64,000 nucleotides of DNA from Octopus vulgaris (lineage: Eukaryota). The DNA lies in contig OX597817.1 in NCBI GenBank assembly GCA_951406725.2, positions 30,628,001-30,692,000 of the forward strand. Direction: 5' to 3'. The notes under the pieces are model-generated. The model was not told the origin of the DNA. It made no database searches and was given only the letters and a program-made list of their open reading frames with translations. Each line of letters opens with the position of its first letter. The stretch's first letter is position 1. The position numbers and the translations under genes are program-made. This document shows, piece by piece, positions 26,870 through 40,980 of this stretch.

Positions 26870-28560
26870 TTATAAGATGTTGCCAGCATCTGCAACACTT
26901 CAGATTCCTTTTCTATGACTGATTTGTGCCTGGCGGCATTTTGAAGTGTTCAGCTATACTATAGAATGCCACTGGCCTTCTATCCTGAGATAACACCCCA
27001 CCTAATGCCACATCAGAAGCGTCTGTCACTACAAGGAATGGCCAGCCAAGGTCTGGAGCCACCAGGCTTGATTTCACAGGTTCTCATTTGAGTTTTAATA
27101 TGGCATCCATGGGCGCTGGAGTTAAACTCACTTTATCAATAGTTACTAAATTGTTTGTTAAATGCATGTTTGGTTCTGAAAAATTCAGAATCCACTTAGC
27201 TTATTATGCAAATAATCCAATTAAATGGTTCAACTCCTGTTGTATTATTCAAGTTCATTAATGTCTGATATCTTTCTGCATCTAGTTTAGGCATTCCTTT
27301 CTCTATCACATGCCCTTGGAAGCAGATGAATTTTACGCCAAGGTATTTTGATTTGTTAAATTGCATACCAGCTTGCTCAGATGCCCGCTGAGATTTTGGT
27401 AAACTATAACCATGTTCTTTTGTTTCTTTTTCTTTATTGCCCACAAGGGGCTAAACATAGAGGGGACAAACAAGATTAAGTCGATTACATCGACCCCAGT
27501 GCATAACTGGTACTTAATTTATCGACCCCAAAAGGATGAAAGGCAAAATCAACATCGGCGGAATTTGAACTCAGAATGTAAAGACAGACAAAATACTGCT
27601 ACGCATTTCGCCCAGCATGCTAACGTTTCTGCCAGCTTGCTGCCTTTCAATTCTTCTCTTGTTTCACCTCTGAAATGATGTCATCAATGTAAGAATTGGT
27701 CTTTTGAAGAGAATTATCATAAATGAATGGATCCATAATGTGCTGAAATATGACAACAGCATTGGTACACCTGAATGGTAAGCACAGGCAAGAAAATTCA
27801 AACAGTTTGTTACAGTCTTCAAAAGCTGTCAAGTGAAAATCCTCTTCACGGAACGGAATTTGGTAGTAGGCTTCTATCAAGTTGGTAGTAGAGAAGTAAT
27901 GATTCAAGTAAATCATAAATGCTAACTTCAGGATAAGTGTTAATGGGAGAAAAGCGATTTATAGTGTTGAAGTAGTCAACTGCTCACCCTAACATATTCC
28001 CTCTTGACATGACAAATGACTATGCATGCCACATACTTCTACTTTCTTGAATAATACCGTCTTTCACCATTCTCTTGAATTCACCTTTGCTGAACTCTCG
28101 ATGACAATGATTTTTTCATGATTTCATAGTGATTGATGCTAATTTGCATATATCAATGCTGATCAGCAGGCTTAAATGTTGGCAACTTAATTTCTTAAGA
28201 GGAACACCAACAGAGATCAGCTCCCTATTACCATCTAGATTTATTATTAGCACTTTGTGCAATCTTAAAACATCCACTCCTAATACAACCAGTGCTGTGA
28301 GTGGCTCAACCCCAACAGCATACACTTCTGCTTCATAATAGCGTCCATCCCGTTCTAGTGTGACTAAACACACTCCACACATCTTAAATTGGTTGTTATC
28401 AGCTAAAAAGATTTTCTTTTTTGACATTGTTAGAGGAAGTCCAAACTCTTTGACCCTTCATCAACACTTTCTTAAGTCTTCCAAAGACGACCCAAAGTCA
28501 TTGATAAAAATTGCTTTAACCATAGAATTAACCAACGACGATTCAAGGAGCTTGTCAAGA
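26870..28560 (-). mobile_element. Decayed Ty3/Gypsy pol (protease-RT-RNase H)
   Basis: VVLGVDVL protease; YFSTTNLIEAYYQIP...TAF...LFEF...PF..TNA...FQ...YIDDII RT; VVTDASDVALGGVLSQ RNase H. Confidence 0.9.
27420..27645 (-). mobile_element. SINE family B inserted in the Gypsy RT
   Basis: Reverse complement of the consensus. Confidence 0.85.
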
Positions 28561-28681
28561 ATGAGTCTTCCCTGTGTTCCAGTTCTGTTAGCTTCAGGAA
28601 AAGGATCTTGCTATTGGCATGGTGAGCCTATTTATCCAAAATCAACATGTCAAGACTTTATGAAATTTGTTTACTTTAAAT

Positions 28682-28997
28682 ATCATCATCATCATCGTTT
28701 AACGTCTGCTTTCCATGCTAGTATGGGTTGGACACTTTGACTGAGGGCTGGCGAACCAGATGGCTGCACCAGGCTTCAATCTTGATCTGGCAGAGTTTCT
28801 TCTGTTAGATGCCCTTCCTAACGCCAACCACTCTGAGAGTGTAGTGGGTGCTTTTACATTCCACCGGCATGGGGCCAGTCAGGCGGTACTGGCAACGATC
28901 TTGCTCGAATCTTTTACACATGACACTGGCATAGGTGCCAGTAAGGCGATGCTGGTAACGGTCACGCTCGGATGGTGTCTTTTACATGCCACCGATA
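28682..28997 (-). mobile_element. RTE-type LINE 3' UTR with (GAT)n tail
   Basis: catcatcatcgtttaacgtc...ccatgctagtatgggttggac. Confidence 0.75.
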
Positions 28998-30005
28998 CAA
29001 AAACAGAAGTCTTCTCTGATGTCTCTGGCTGATCCTCTAGCTTAAGAGTTATAGTGAGAGAAGGGAATATGAACGATATCTGTGCTAGATTAACTAATGG
29101 AGTTCTTGGATGATCACAGATAGAAAACACAAGAATTTGGATTCACATGATCTTTGATAGAGAAGTTATCTAGAGGTAAATTTATCTTTCATTTTTCCAG
29201 CGTTGATTAAAATGTACCAGCCCAAGAATACATGGACTACAGTGGTATAACCTCTTACTAATAGCACATCTGACCAAAACATAAAAATGTATTTCCGCTC
29301 AAAGAAATAAAAAATAAAAACAAAAACCCCTTAAAATTACACACAAGCATCTTTAAAAATGGTAAGCTATATAGGCCAATGTAACGCTAGCTACAAAAAG
29401 GAATAAGACTGTCACAGAATAATTCTCATCAAACGTTTGTTTGATCAAAGTCTTGAGGCTAAACAAGAGTTTATAAATACTGTATATATCTTTATAAGGA
29501 GATAACAGTTGTTGATGATTAATACACTGGTATTCTTTCTTTTATTGTTGTTGTTGTTGTAGGTGGTGGTTGCATTGGGTGTAGTATAGTTTAATCACAA
29601 AGAATTACAGTCACTGGCATTCTATCTATGACCAACCCATCCCCCACTTCTGCCAACATAGACATTCTAAGCCTTTATTTTTGAAGAGAATTGTTTTTTT
29701 TTTACTTTGACAAAGATTTGTCTTTCTGATTCTATCAGGACTGGTCAAGCAATCACTTACAGTCTCAATCATTCATTGGTCAGTATAGCATCAATAAGTG
29801 TCAATAATTTAAGCACAAGGCCAGGAGTTTTCAGGGCAAGAGTTTGGATGATGCTGTCAACCCCCAGTACTTCTCAGTTATTTGTCTTGCAAACAACTTG
29901 CACATGCAAGTGCTACCAGTCAAAAACTCCAAATACCGGAAGCCAGCAAGTGTATGGGATCATCAGGAGAGAATGCACGCCGTTTCGGGGCCTACCTCTC
30001 GATGG

Positions 30006-30285
30006 CATCAATGCGCACCAGCCCCCTCATTGATATGAGGCCCCGCTTGCTAGATCAGCTGGTTATCAAATAAAGCTCAATATTCTTCTAGCTATCGCTC
30101 ATCATCTCTTTTTAACCAAATCCAGTGGCTAGCCTTCCACATACCGTCTCAACATCAATGCACACCAGCCCCTCTCACTGATATGAGGCCCCGCTTGCTA
30201 GATCAGCTGGTTATCAAATAAAGCTCAATATTCTTCTAGCTATCGCTCATCATCTCTTTTTAACCAAATCCAGTGGCTAGCCTTC
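30006..30285. repeat. 147-bp tandem duplication (two near-identical copies)
   Basis: catcaatg...ggctagccttc at 30006 and 30153. Confidence 0.9.
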
Positions 30286-31499
30286 TCCACTGTAGTTTGG
30301 ATTTGGTTAAATCCAATCTACAGCGGAGATACAATCTTATTGTTTTGACTCCAGAAGGATAAAACACAAATATGACCTCAGTGAGATTTGAAACAAGAAC
30401 CTAAAGACTGGAAATAATACCACAAGGTACCAACCATCTAACAATTTTGTCAGCTTCAGGCTTCCTGACACTCTTACGATTCTGCTAGCTCACTGTCTTA
30501 TTACAACATCAACAATACTTATACCACTTTCCTGCTGGTAGTAAGTTTTATTCTATTCTATTAAATCTCTCCAGAACTTCCTTTAAATCATACTTAAATC
30601 TCTTCATGTAAAGAGAAAGAGAAAATTGAAGCAACATTCCCACAAGAATAAGAAGGAAATAGTTCAAGTGAGAAGCCTGAAGGTTTGTAACAAACCATAG
30701 TGTGATGTACAAACATTAGTTATCAACGAATTACTGTAATGCCTAATACAACAAATAACATTAATGTCAATGTTATCTAGTTTTTCATAAAGCACCATAA
30801 AATTTTATATTATCATATAAAATTTCCTTACTTACTCTATCTTCATTTTGTCAGATTTTTGTATATATATATATTTGGTAGAAATAAGTGAAAAAAAAAC
30901 ACACAGAAAAGAAATCTACATTAATGTTGTATTCTAATTTTTATTTCATTTAGTCATGACTGCCGCAAAATATTTGAATTTTGTTTTCTTTACATTTACA
31001 ATATTTACACTTGTGCTTTTTTTATATCTATATATGTGCACGCAAAAACAGAGACATATACACAAACAGACTTATATATATATATATATATATATATAAA
31101 TATACATAATGCTACATGTATATGTATATACATAAACACAAATATATATATTTGTGTGTGTCATTGTATGTATTTGTGTGTTTATAAAGAGCCCGATGAC
31201 TAAGAATCACAGGATAAGCCAAAGGAAGTCAGAAGGAAAACTGAAAGGCCCCTTGGCCAAACATAGATTCAAAAATTGCAGTATTTGATGTATATGTCAA
31301 GAAGGAGGAGTTAGAGACTTGTAACAACAAAAATAATTAGGGATTTTTATAAAACAACTTGCCATATGCCTCATTCCAAATCTGTGAATGACGTAAGCTT
31401 TCAGCCAAACATAATGTGATATGGTGATAGAATTGTAGTTTGATCCAGAAAACATAAGAACAGGACTAGAAAAAATGGAAGATAGCAGGGGAAAAAAAA

Positions 31500-33090
31500 A
31501 CAATGCCATCAGCTAAAATAGTCAAAAGACATCGAGTCTATATAGCAAAATGTGAATCTGAAAGTAAGAGGTTTGCAATGGTCTGCAATGAGAGTACCAA
31601 AGGGATGAGGTGTTCCAGATTTTAAAGCAGTATCTCAATAAGAATCAAGATGCAGTTGAAGGAAAACCTATATGGAATCATGTAGACGCACTGACTCAAG
31701 GGAAAATAATGGAAATGTTACTATGAAAGATTCCTGAATATGGATGTGTGGGAGAGACAAGATTTAGCTCATGTGGATACAACAGAAGAAACAATGTCTG
31801 TACATAAATCTGTATGTGCATGTGTATGATAGTTATATGGTTGAAATGATTACATAAGATATAGAAGCAGCTAAATCATTAGGAATAGATGTGGAGATGC
31901 AGAAAGAATATCCGGTAAAGTAGGATATGCACTTGTCATTCACATAGTCAAGCACATAGCATGGGAAGATGTCATACTCAATGTCTGGTATAGAAGTATC
32001 ATCATCAACTGCTACAAGGATAAAGTAGATGTCCAAGAAATCTATAACTAAAGAGATATAATAATGATGGAGCAGGTTATGAAAGTAAGAAAAAGAGTTA
32101 TAGCACAACTGATTAGGAAAAAAATATTAAGATGAGTTATAGTTTGAGTTTATGCCAGGACAGGGTGCCATTAATACCTTCCTTTTAGTAAGACATCTAC
32201 AAGACAAGTTCTTGGGTAAGATAAGAGTAAGCTACTATATCTAGTATGTTTTGACCTCTAAAGGCCTTTGAGAGGTTCACTCGCTCTGAAGTCTGGCTGT
32301 TGATAAAAATTGAGAAATTAGGAGTGGATGAGTAGATTGTGAGGGCTTTGTAAACCATGTACAGTGATGTTATCAGTAAGATAAGAGTTAGCCAGAAACT
32401 TAACATGTAAAAAGTTATCTGTCAAATCTCAGTTATTTTTCCACATTGCCCCCAGATTATTATAGTTCTTAACAGAGGTGTTTTCAACAGGGTGTTTTGG
32501 AGAATTCTTATAAATCAATGAACCGGCTTTAAGAGTTGAATCTTTCACAGAATTAGAGAAAAAATTCCAGTGTGGAGTCTGTACCTAAAATCAAAGGGCT
32601 TCAAAGTAACTCTAAAAAGAGAAAAGTTTGCATTCGTAGAAGACATGTAGATGACCACAATCAATATAAGAAATAGGTAGAAACTATGTAGTTCATAGTA
32701 AATGTAAAGCAACAATCAGAGTAGAAACACAAGCCGGTTAACAGAAGAAATCTTTATATTTAGTATACGCAACAGAGCAGTTAGCTGTGAGAATGTCCAT
32801 CAAATTAATCCTTTCAAATACTTAAAAGCTCACTTGATGTAATTGGTAGCTGCTGTCAGTTAAATGATCTAATTAGCTGTGGAGATGTATATCTTGAAAG
32901 TAGATCGTATGGGATTGGGAAAATTCAGAGAGAAATTACCTCTGCTAGCAATAATGAATTTCTCCCTCTCTATCTTTCTGAATGAAGAGCAGATTACATA
33001 ATGCTCATGTTTAAAATACTAATGCTGCATGGTAATGCAAAACAGATGCACTGTGCTTAGAGCACGAGCCAAGTGAAGGCTGGAGAGATA
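31500..33090 (+). mobile_element. Decayed RTE-clade LINE RT region
   Basis: FEFMPGQGAINTFLLVRHLQDKFLG...LYLVCFDL*KAFER; many stops and frameshifts. Confidence 0.75.
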
Positions 33091-33411
33091 TGTAGCAAGT
33101 ATGGAAAAGCAAGTCGTCGGCGGCAGCGGCAGCGTCGCAGTCGGCGTCGTTGTCGCCATCGTCGTCATCGTCACATTCATCATGATCACATCATCATCAT
33201 CACCTTTATGTCTATCGCAGAATGCTGAATACTCCGATCACACATCCCTCTCATCACTATCATTTATGTCTCTATTACTCATTCTTCTCCCTCTGCAAAA
33301 AAGTTTTGAGAAGAAGTAGAGATGTGAGCTTGTGGTGCTGTTGATGATGACAATGACAATTTGCTCTGTGGTAGAAGAACTGCTTGCCAACCTAAGAGTG
33401 GCAAAAATGTA

Positions 33412-33807
33412 TTGGGTTGTCCAGAAAGTTTGTGCCGATTTATAGTAGCTTACCTTTCGACTTGTTTTAGAATATGGTTGTGTCCATAGAATAGGATTTG
33501 ACTACACTTCCATTCTTCATGGAAGAAGGTTTATATTCCTATGACCTGTGTTAATTCTGTAACCCTTTTAAATGGAAGATAAGAAAGTTCATTTTCAGCA
33601 CTTGATGCTTTGGGAACTAGACAAAAGTTTGCTGCAGCTCAGCTGGGGTGTGTTACCCCACTCTCCATATTCACCAGATATTGCTCCTTCGGATTTCCAG
33701 TTATTCAGGTCTCTGCAGAATAGTCTTAATGGTAAAAATTTCAATTCCTTGGATAACATAAAAAGATACCTTGATGAATTCTTTGCCATGAAACCACCTC
33801 AATTCAA
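33412..33807 (+). mobile_element. Internally deleted mariner element
   Basis: TA+TTGGGTTGTCC TIR; MEDKKVHFQHLMLWE fused to VLPHSPYSPDIAPSDFQLFRSLQNSL. Confidence 0.9.
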
Positions 33808-34165
33808 GGTAAGTTTTCAAGCAATGAGTGACCATTCCTAAAGTGTGGAAACCACTCGTAAACTTCTGCTTTGCTCATGGCAGCATCCTTGTAAAATGTT
33901 TGAAGCATGACAACTGTTTTGGCCACCGTTTGTCCCAGGAGAAAAGAGAATTTCTTGGAAGCACACTGTTCCTTCATTTCAGCCAGTGCAAAAATCAACG
34001 AAAAGAGGAGAAGTGCTACATGGCTGTATGACTTCACACAAAGTCACTGGTCCATAGACTGATGCCTGAGGGTCACATCAAGTGACTTCTAGCAGCAGAA
34101 GCCTGAACAACAATGGGTCTGCCACATAGAGAACGTTTCCTATTACTTTTGGGTACCTTCTCATA
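33808..34165 (-). mobile_element. Mariner 5' fragment
   Basis: MKEQCASKKFSFLLGQTVAKTVVMLQTFYKDAAMSKAEVYEWFPHFRNG (mariner HTH). Confidence 0.85.
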
Positions 34166-34245
34166 TGTTCATTTATGTTTATATATGTGGTGCCCCAGCA
34201 TGGCCGTGGCCTTCGGGCTAAAACATTTTTAAGGATTTAAGGATT

Positions 34246-34284
<39 letters not shown>

Positions 34285-34586
34285 CATTACAGATATAGGG
34301 TAAAGAATTATTATTTATTTATGTTTATAAATGAAATGAATTTGTATAATTCTAATCCAGAAACGCATCCATAATTAATCAAAGACTGTTTGATTTCGTT
34401 ATTTTCTCTCCTTTTTACCTATGTGAGTTACAAACATCGTTGTCTGTGGAGTCATATTTGTAGTGAAAGGAAACAACAGCCCTTTGGCTACTATTTCTAA
34501 ATTTTCAGTATGTGACGAAGCAACTTGTTGCTAAACCCCTAATTATGTATATATACACGTATATGTATGTTTATGTATAATATATT

Positions 34587-34622
<36 letters not shown>

Positions 34623-34644
34623 ATTTTCATAAAGCTTTGTTTAT

Positions 34645-34679
<35 letters not shown>

Positions 34680-35638
34680 TTTATGTCAGTATATCTGTAA
34701 ATGTGTATGCCTGTATTTATATGAACGCTCATATATTATATACAGAAATTTGGAATAAGAGAGTACCTTTTAAAAGCCCATCTAACACAAAAACTGCCAT
34801 CTGTTTATATTTCTCCTTCGTTTCTGAGTTTGATATATTTTGTTTGTATTTCACCAGCTCCATTTAGCGTATGAGAAAGGACACATTATTTGTTTATTGT
34901 TAATGATGAGTGTGAACTTAACAGTATCAGTTTTATTGTTGTTGTTGATGCTTATGTTATTGTTTGCTAACCAAAGACAGTCTTGATTAATTAGACTATG
35001 GCATGGCTGCATCCAACGAAACACTCTGGAGAATGACTCACAATACTAAGTATAGATGCAGTTTTAGGTTCTGTTTCAAGGATGGCAGTATTGGTGTTGG
35101 TGTTAGTGGTTTTGTTAATGGATTTGCTGGTTAACTAAAGGCAACTGTGATGAAGTAGTCTCTTGCATGAGAGTAGCCAAACAAATGACTGACATAGTTG
35201 AAAGATCAGGTTCTTGTTGTTTTTGTTATTCTTCAGATGCAGACGTGAGTGTGTAGTTAAAATATTTGCTTCAGAATCATGAGATCAAGAATTTTGTCTC
35301 ACTACTTGGCATATTGGGCAAACGTCTTTACCTTTACCATTATACAGCCAGCTTGTGTGTATGTGTGTCTGTGTGTCTGTCTGCCTGTGTGTCTGTCTGT
35401 CTGTACATAAATCTGTATATGCATGTGTATGTATACATAACAAAATATGTGTATATGTTTAATTACAAAGGAGAGAAAGCATAAAGGTGGAGACATTGTG
35501 ACAATGAATATTTAAGTATAAATATATAAATATTTTCATCTATGTAATTATACTTAAGTATTCATAGTCTGAAAAAATCCACCTTTGCTTCCTCTCATTT
35601 TGCATTTATATATATATATATGTGTGTGTATATGTATG

Positions 35639-35681
<43 letters not shown>

Positions 35682-35967
35682 TTATTTTGTATTTGATGTA
35701 TAATATATTTGATATATTTGATGTATCTAATTTGCTTTATCTATATCTGCTCAACTTGATCCCTCTTATAGCCATTATTTACCCCGTGGAATCAATTCCT
35801 TGTAAAGACATTTGGAGTCTTAAGTTTGAATCTTTTGAGCACTACTGTCTTCTATACTGAGAATATCTGGAGCTCATCTGTGGACCACAAACAAACACAC
35901 ACACACACATATAGAATCATCATCATCGTTGTTCAAAGTCCACCTTCCATGATAGCATGGGTGGGAC

Positions 35968-36017
<50 letters not shown>

Positions 36018-36202
36018 GGATATGATACTATATAAGTCAAGATGAATTAGAGTCTGCTGATAACTTAGCCAGCTAAAACTTTGAAATCACTGTTGACACT
36101 ATTCCTGTTAAAGAATAATAATTTGTACTCCAGCAAATGTATTCGATTTAATCTAAAAGTGCTTTTATTAAAGAATAAAAAAACAAACTATACATTCAGA
36201 CA

Positions 36203-36453
36203 TTGGGTTGGTGCATAATTATTGCGAGTTTTTTTCAACACATTTTATTCAACAAAAACAATAATAACATGTAACAAAAACATCTTTAAATGATTATTCC
36301 AGAGCATGTTCACCGTCTACTTCAATTACTGCTTCCCATTTGTTTGGCAGATGATCAGACTGTCATTTAAAAATGTTTTTGTTCTATATTGTTATTGTTT
36401 TTGTTGAATAAAATTTGTTGAAATAAAGCCGCAATATATATGCACCAACCCAA
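36203..36453. mobile_element. Mariner-derived MITE
   Basis: Long TIRs TTGGGTTGGTGCATA...TATGCACCAACCCAA. Confidence 0.85.
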
Positions 36454-36492
36454 TATATTGCACTCACTACCCTCTATATATTTTACGTATTT

Positions 36493-36547
<55 letters not shown>

Positions 36548-36840
36548 AGTAGAGGAAATAGTGATCAATTTGACTGCTATTTCTAATATTTTCGGTATGT
36601 GGTTTTGAGCAACTTGTTGCAATTAACCCTTAATTATAATTATTATAACCCTTACCAAATATGGTCTTTTCCATACCGATAAATCTACTAGGTGAAATTT
36701 ATTAATTTTATTAAATTAATTATATTCCACCCTTTTTTGCATATTGATTGATTGATTCCAGTTTCAGCTTATGAGCTGTGGCCATGCTGGGGCAGACATC
36801 TTATAGTCATGATTCATATATATATTATATGAGTCATATA

Positions 36841-37890
36841 CAGTGTGTTTGAGTTAAATCTGATAATCTTTCTTTTTTTTTCTTCAGAAAGAGCTTGATG
36901 TATCGGCAAACAGTCAAAGGCATTGGGGAATGTATAGGTGAAAGTTGTATCTGTGAAAAAGTTAGCTAATATAGAGGACTGGATGCCATCTGAATATTTG
37001 AAAGGGAATGCCAACATTATGACTGATACTCAATGCTCAATGAACAATGTAAAGGCCGTAAGACTCCTCATAAACAGTTGCGACAGAGGCTAAGAAGCCA
37101 TGGCCAGCAGGAAGGGACACAGTAGGCATTCAGACTGTGTCTGTATGCTGGAATTCTTTCAACAACTGCAGGTCAGGGTGAAGTAAGATCTGTGCGATGA
37201 AATCTGGGCTTTGGTGAGAGAAATGGGTGGAGGAGTCATGACCATGGACTTGGCACTGAGTGAGGACCTTCACCACCACTCATGAAAGACACAAAAGGAA
37301 AATTTTGATAGCCAGATCCAAGGTGAACTGCTTGGCAAAAGCAAAGAAGCTCTTGAACAAGCTGAAGCATCCTGTTGAGCCAGGAAGTATTTGGGTTTTT
37401 CAGATGAAAAGAACTTCTGCTAGGACCAGTTACACTACACTCAGAACAGTGTTGCCCACAATACATGTAATGACCCTTGTATCATGAAAACCAAGTTCCC
37501 CCAAACCATGACAGTTTTTATTTGTGTCTCCAGAAAAGGTAACATCATGCTGACCCATATCTTTGGATAGGGCCTTGGGCTCATTTCAGATCACTATTTG
37601 AAACTGCTAGAGACTGTGGTCAACATATGGATATAGAGGAGTGCTGCTGGAAAATCATATGTGTGGCAGCAAGATTCAGCTCCTTGCTACACCTCTGAAA
37701 AGTGTCAGAATGGCTGTCAGAGAATTTCTATTTTTCCAGCCCCAATTGCTAACCTTCTATTTCCCTCACTTGTGATCCATGAATTACTATGAATAGGACA
37801 TGGTCAAGCATGACATTAACTGCTCTGCCTGCAATGCCAAGGCCAAGCTGGTGCAAAGATCAAGGAAGTGTTTGAAGATCTTACCAAAAT
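36841..37890 (+). mobile_element. Decayed Tc1/mariner-superfamily (maT/rosa-like) transposon
   Basis: TA+CAGTGTG start; fragments WVF-SDEKNF, MKTKFPQT and SYVWQQDSAPCYTS. Confidence 0.8.
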
Positions 37891-37899
37891 ACATATATA

Positions 37900-38084
37900 T
37901 ATGGTGAGAATTCACAAAAAGAAAACAAGAGACAAAGACAGGTCGTGTAGACAACAAACAGATGTATTAGTATAACGCTCGGGAAGTGAAAAATTCTTTA
38001 ACGTTTCGAGCCTACGCTCTTCCACAGAAAGGAACACAGAGAAACAAGGAGAGAAAATAAAGAATATATAGTGGCTAGCGATCT

Positions 38085-38087
<3 letters not shown>
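37900..38087 (-). mobile_element. Short dispersed repeat carrying a hammerhead-like motif (probably Penelope pLTR-derived)
   Basis: Homologous to 41212-41390; minus strand CUGUGGAA-GAGC-GUAG-GCUC-GAAACGUUA. Confidence 0.55.
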
Positions 38088-38134
<47 letters not shown>

Positions 38135-38159
38135 TATACATACATACATACATACATAG

Positions 38160-38191
<32 letters not shown>

Positions 38192-38579
38192 GCATACATA
38201 TCGATGCATCATTCATCATCATCGTTATTTACAATCCACTTATATGGGCCAGACATAATTTGTTGAGGCATATTTTCTATAGCTGGATGCCCTACCTGTC
38301 ACCAAGTTTTACCTGTTTTGAAGCAAGGTAATAGATACATAGATACATACATATATATGTATGCATATGATAGATTTCTTTTCATTTCTACCAAATCTAC
38401 CAAATCTGTTCACAAGTTTTACACTTGCCCATAATGCTATGCAATGAGACTGAACCTGAGACCACATGGTTAGTAAACAAGTTTCTGAACCACACAACCA
38501 AGTCTATACACACACACACATACACACACACACACATACATTCATACATACATACATCCATACATGCTCACAGACACAC

Positions 38580-38620
<41 letters not shown>

Positions 38621-38815
38621 GGTATAGATAATAAATACACAGTGCCACATATTTGTATTTTTTGTCTCTCATCTGTGCAGCAAAATATACACGTTTTAAT
38701 GTGTATAAGTTTATACGTATGTATGTATATGTATATATGTGTGTGTGCACTTTTGTATGTTTGCATACATGCATATGTGAATAAGTAAAGTGTAGGTTGA
38801 CACTGTATGTGCTTG

Positions 38816-38847
<32 letters not shown>

Positions 38848-39056
38848 TACATACATATATATACATATGTATATATATGTATTTATGTATGTATGTATGT
38901 ATGCATAAATATATATATATGAATATACACATATACAGATACACATGCAAACATACACACATATATATACATGCATGCATACATACAAACACACATACAT
39001 ACATACATACATACATACATACATACATACATACATACATACATACATACATACAT
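38088..39056. repeat. Compound TA/CA/CATA microsatellite region with a SINE A head fragment (38372-38496, minus)
   Basis: Direct observation. Confidence 0.9.
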
Positions 39057-39167
39057 CAATGCTTGTTCAAGTTTGATGATATCCAATGCAAGTAAGATTA
39101 ATGATAGATATTTCACTTGAATAAAAAGATTTATGGACTCTAGACATTATTCCCCTCTCTCCCTCTT

Positions 39168-39198
<31 letters not shown>

Positions 39199-40262
39199 CT
39201 ATCTTTCTGTCTTCCTCTCTCTGTCTCTCTTATTCTCTCTGCTTCTATCTATCTCTTTTATTCTCTTTCTTTCCATCTATCTTGTCTATTTAGCTATTTA
39301 CAAGCTATTGACTGAAAAAAATACCACGAGAAGATTTTTTTCCTCTTCATCCACAACTGCTTTTCGTTTTGTTATATTATTTATTGTTTCTATTTTTTTT
39401 ATTTATTTACTATATTTTTATTTTCTTTTATTCTATGTTTCACTCGCTCAACAATGATATATCTTAATTTCTTCATTGAAATCTAACTACTTTTCTTTTT
39501 CTTCCCTCCAGATGACTTATGGTTAGGATGAATTTCCGTATAATTTTATACAATAACATTCAAACAATAACAAAATGAAATGAAAACACACAAAGAAAAA
39601 ATGAAGCTTAACAGGTTTGGTTTTATCAAAAATTGATATTGGCTTTATTTAATAAGGATATAATAATAGTATAGCGTGTGACTCTGTAATATGGCATGGC
39701 TCAGTATATATACATATATATATATATATAATAATAATATCAATTTCATTTCCATTTCTTCTTCTTCTTCTTTGTGTGTGTATGTGTGCATGTATGGCTT
39801 GTTTTCTCTTGAAGAGTTGATTGACATTGCAACAATGGTTAGATATAATGGACAAATATGTTTTTAAAAAAAATGATGTCTGAGATAGAAACTTTTAGAC
39901 AATATCTGTAATACTTACACTTTTTGTTTCTTTTGTCTTTGTGTTTAGATATAATTTATAATTCAGTTCAACAGTTCAGAATTATATATTTATTTTATAT
40001 CATAATTGGTGAAAAATAGCATTGTTGGTTATAGGTTTCTAATGAGTGAGAGAAAACAACAAGTTCACTATATATGTGATGGAGAAAGGGACAAGGGTAT
40101 CCATGTAATTCAATATAGAACAAATATTTGAATGTCTTCGTTTGTAAAGTACCAGTTTTTCAGGTTGGCTGCCAATGATTACATTCATATTCTGTGCAGA
40201 CAGAGATGTACCCCAGACTCCAACTATGCATGCAGAAATGCATGCATATATATATTTTTATA

Positions 40263-40312
<50 letters not shown>

Positions 40313-40315
<3 letters not shown>

Positions 40316-40980
40316 TCGAAGTTTTCTTTCCTCAGTCCAGTACCAGATTATCTTCGCAATTTTGGTTGATTATACTCTCAATTTCATTCCCTTATGATAA
40401 AGGCAAGAAATTCTGTCTTCTATTTAATTGTGAACTACTTTTTATTCTTTTTCTAAAAATCCCCTTATAAACACGGTTATAGAGTGTGCTTACCGATGTA
40501 AACATTGACAGAAACACACCTTTAGTTCATATGTGATGTCTACCATTATATATAATTTAAACATTGATTTTCTTCTTACATTTCACTTTCCCTAGATATA
40601 TCTTTTTCAAGACTTTAGGGTTTTATTTAATTTACATATTGTTCTATACTTCTAATTCATTTGGTTCCTGATTTTTTCTTTCCTTTACCGCCCCTCTTTC
40701 TATAGGCTACCTTTGACGTCATATCCTCTAACGTTTTTTTTAATGATGTTTTTTAATAGCGTTCAGTTCATCACTTTACATATCCATCATATTCTGTTAC
40801 AATGTCTTATTGATGAGTTATATTTCTTCATTTACCTGAAGAGAAGATTACATTGCTTTACACTATTTTATTCCTTTGGAATAATACCAATGATATCTTC
40901 GAAACATGTGTCGGAAGTAAAAGAATTTGAATAATACCTGTGTTTAATCCCATTTATTCATTTATATATATTATATAAAA
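40313..40980 (+). mobile_element. Penelope-like element 3' end (endonuclease C-terminus plus pLTR/UTR)
   Basis: STRLS...ILSISFPYDKGKKFCLLFNCELLFILF / KNPLINTVIECAYRCKH resembles the PLE tail PY..G...C.LC..E...I...LN...E....C.H; hammerhead downstream. Confidence 0.7.
40823..40925 (+). ncRNA. Type I minimal hammerhead ribozyme (stem I degenerate)
   Basis: CUGAAGA 40836-40842; stem II GAAGAU/AUCUUC; GAAA 40901-40904; palindromic stem III ACAUGU; GUC site ending at 40912. Confidence 0.7.

Noticed and set aside
30540-30676. Minus-strand frame ASHLNYFLLILVGMLLQFSLSLYMKRFK... after a CAG acceptor
   Set aside because: Hydrophobicity is explained by T-rich composition; no other support
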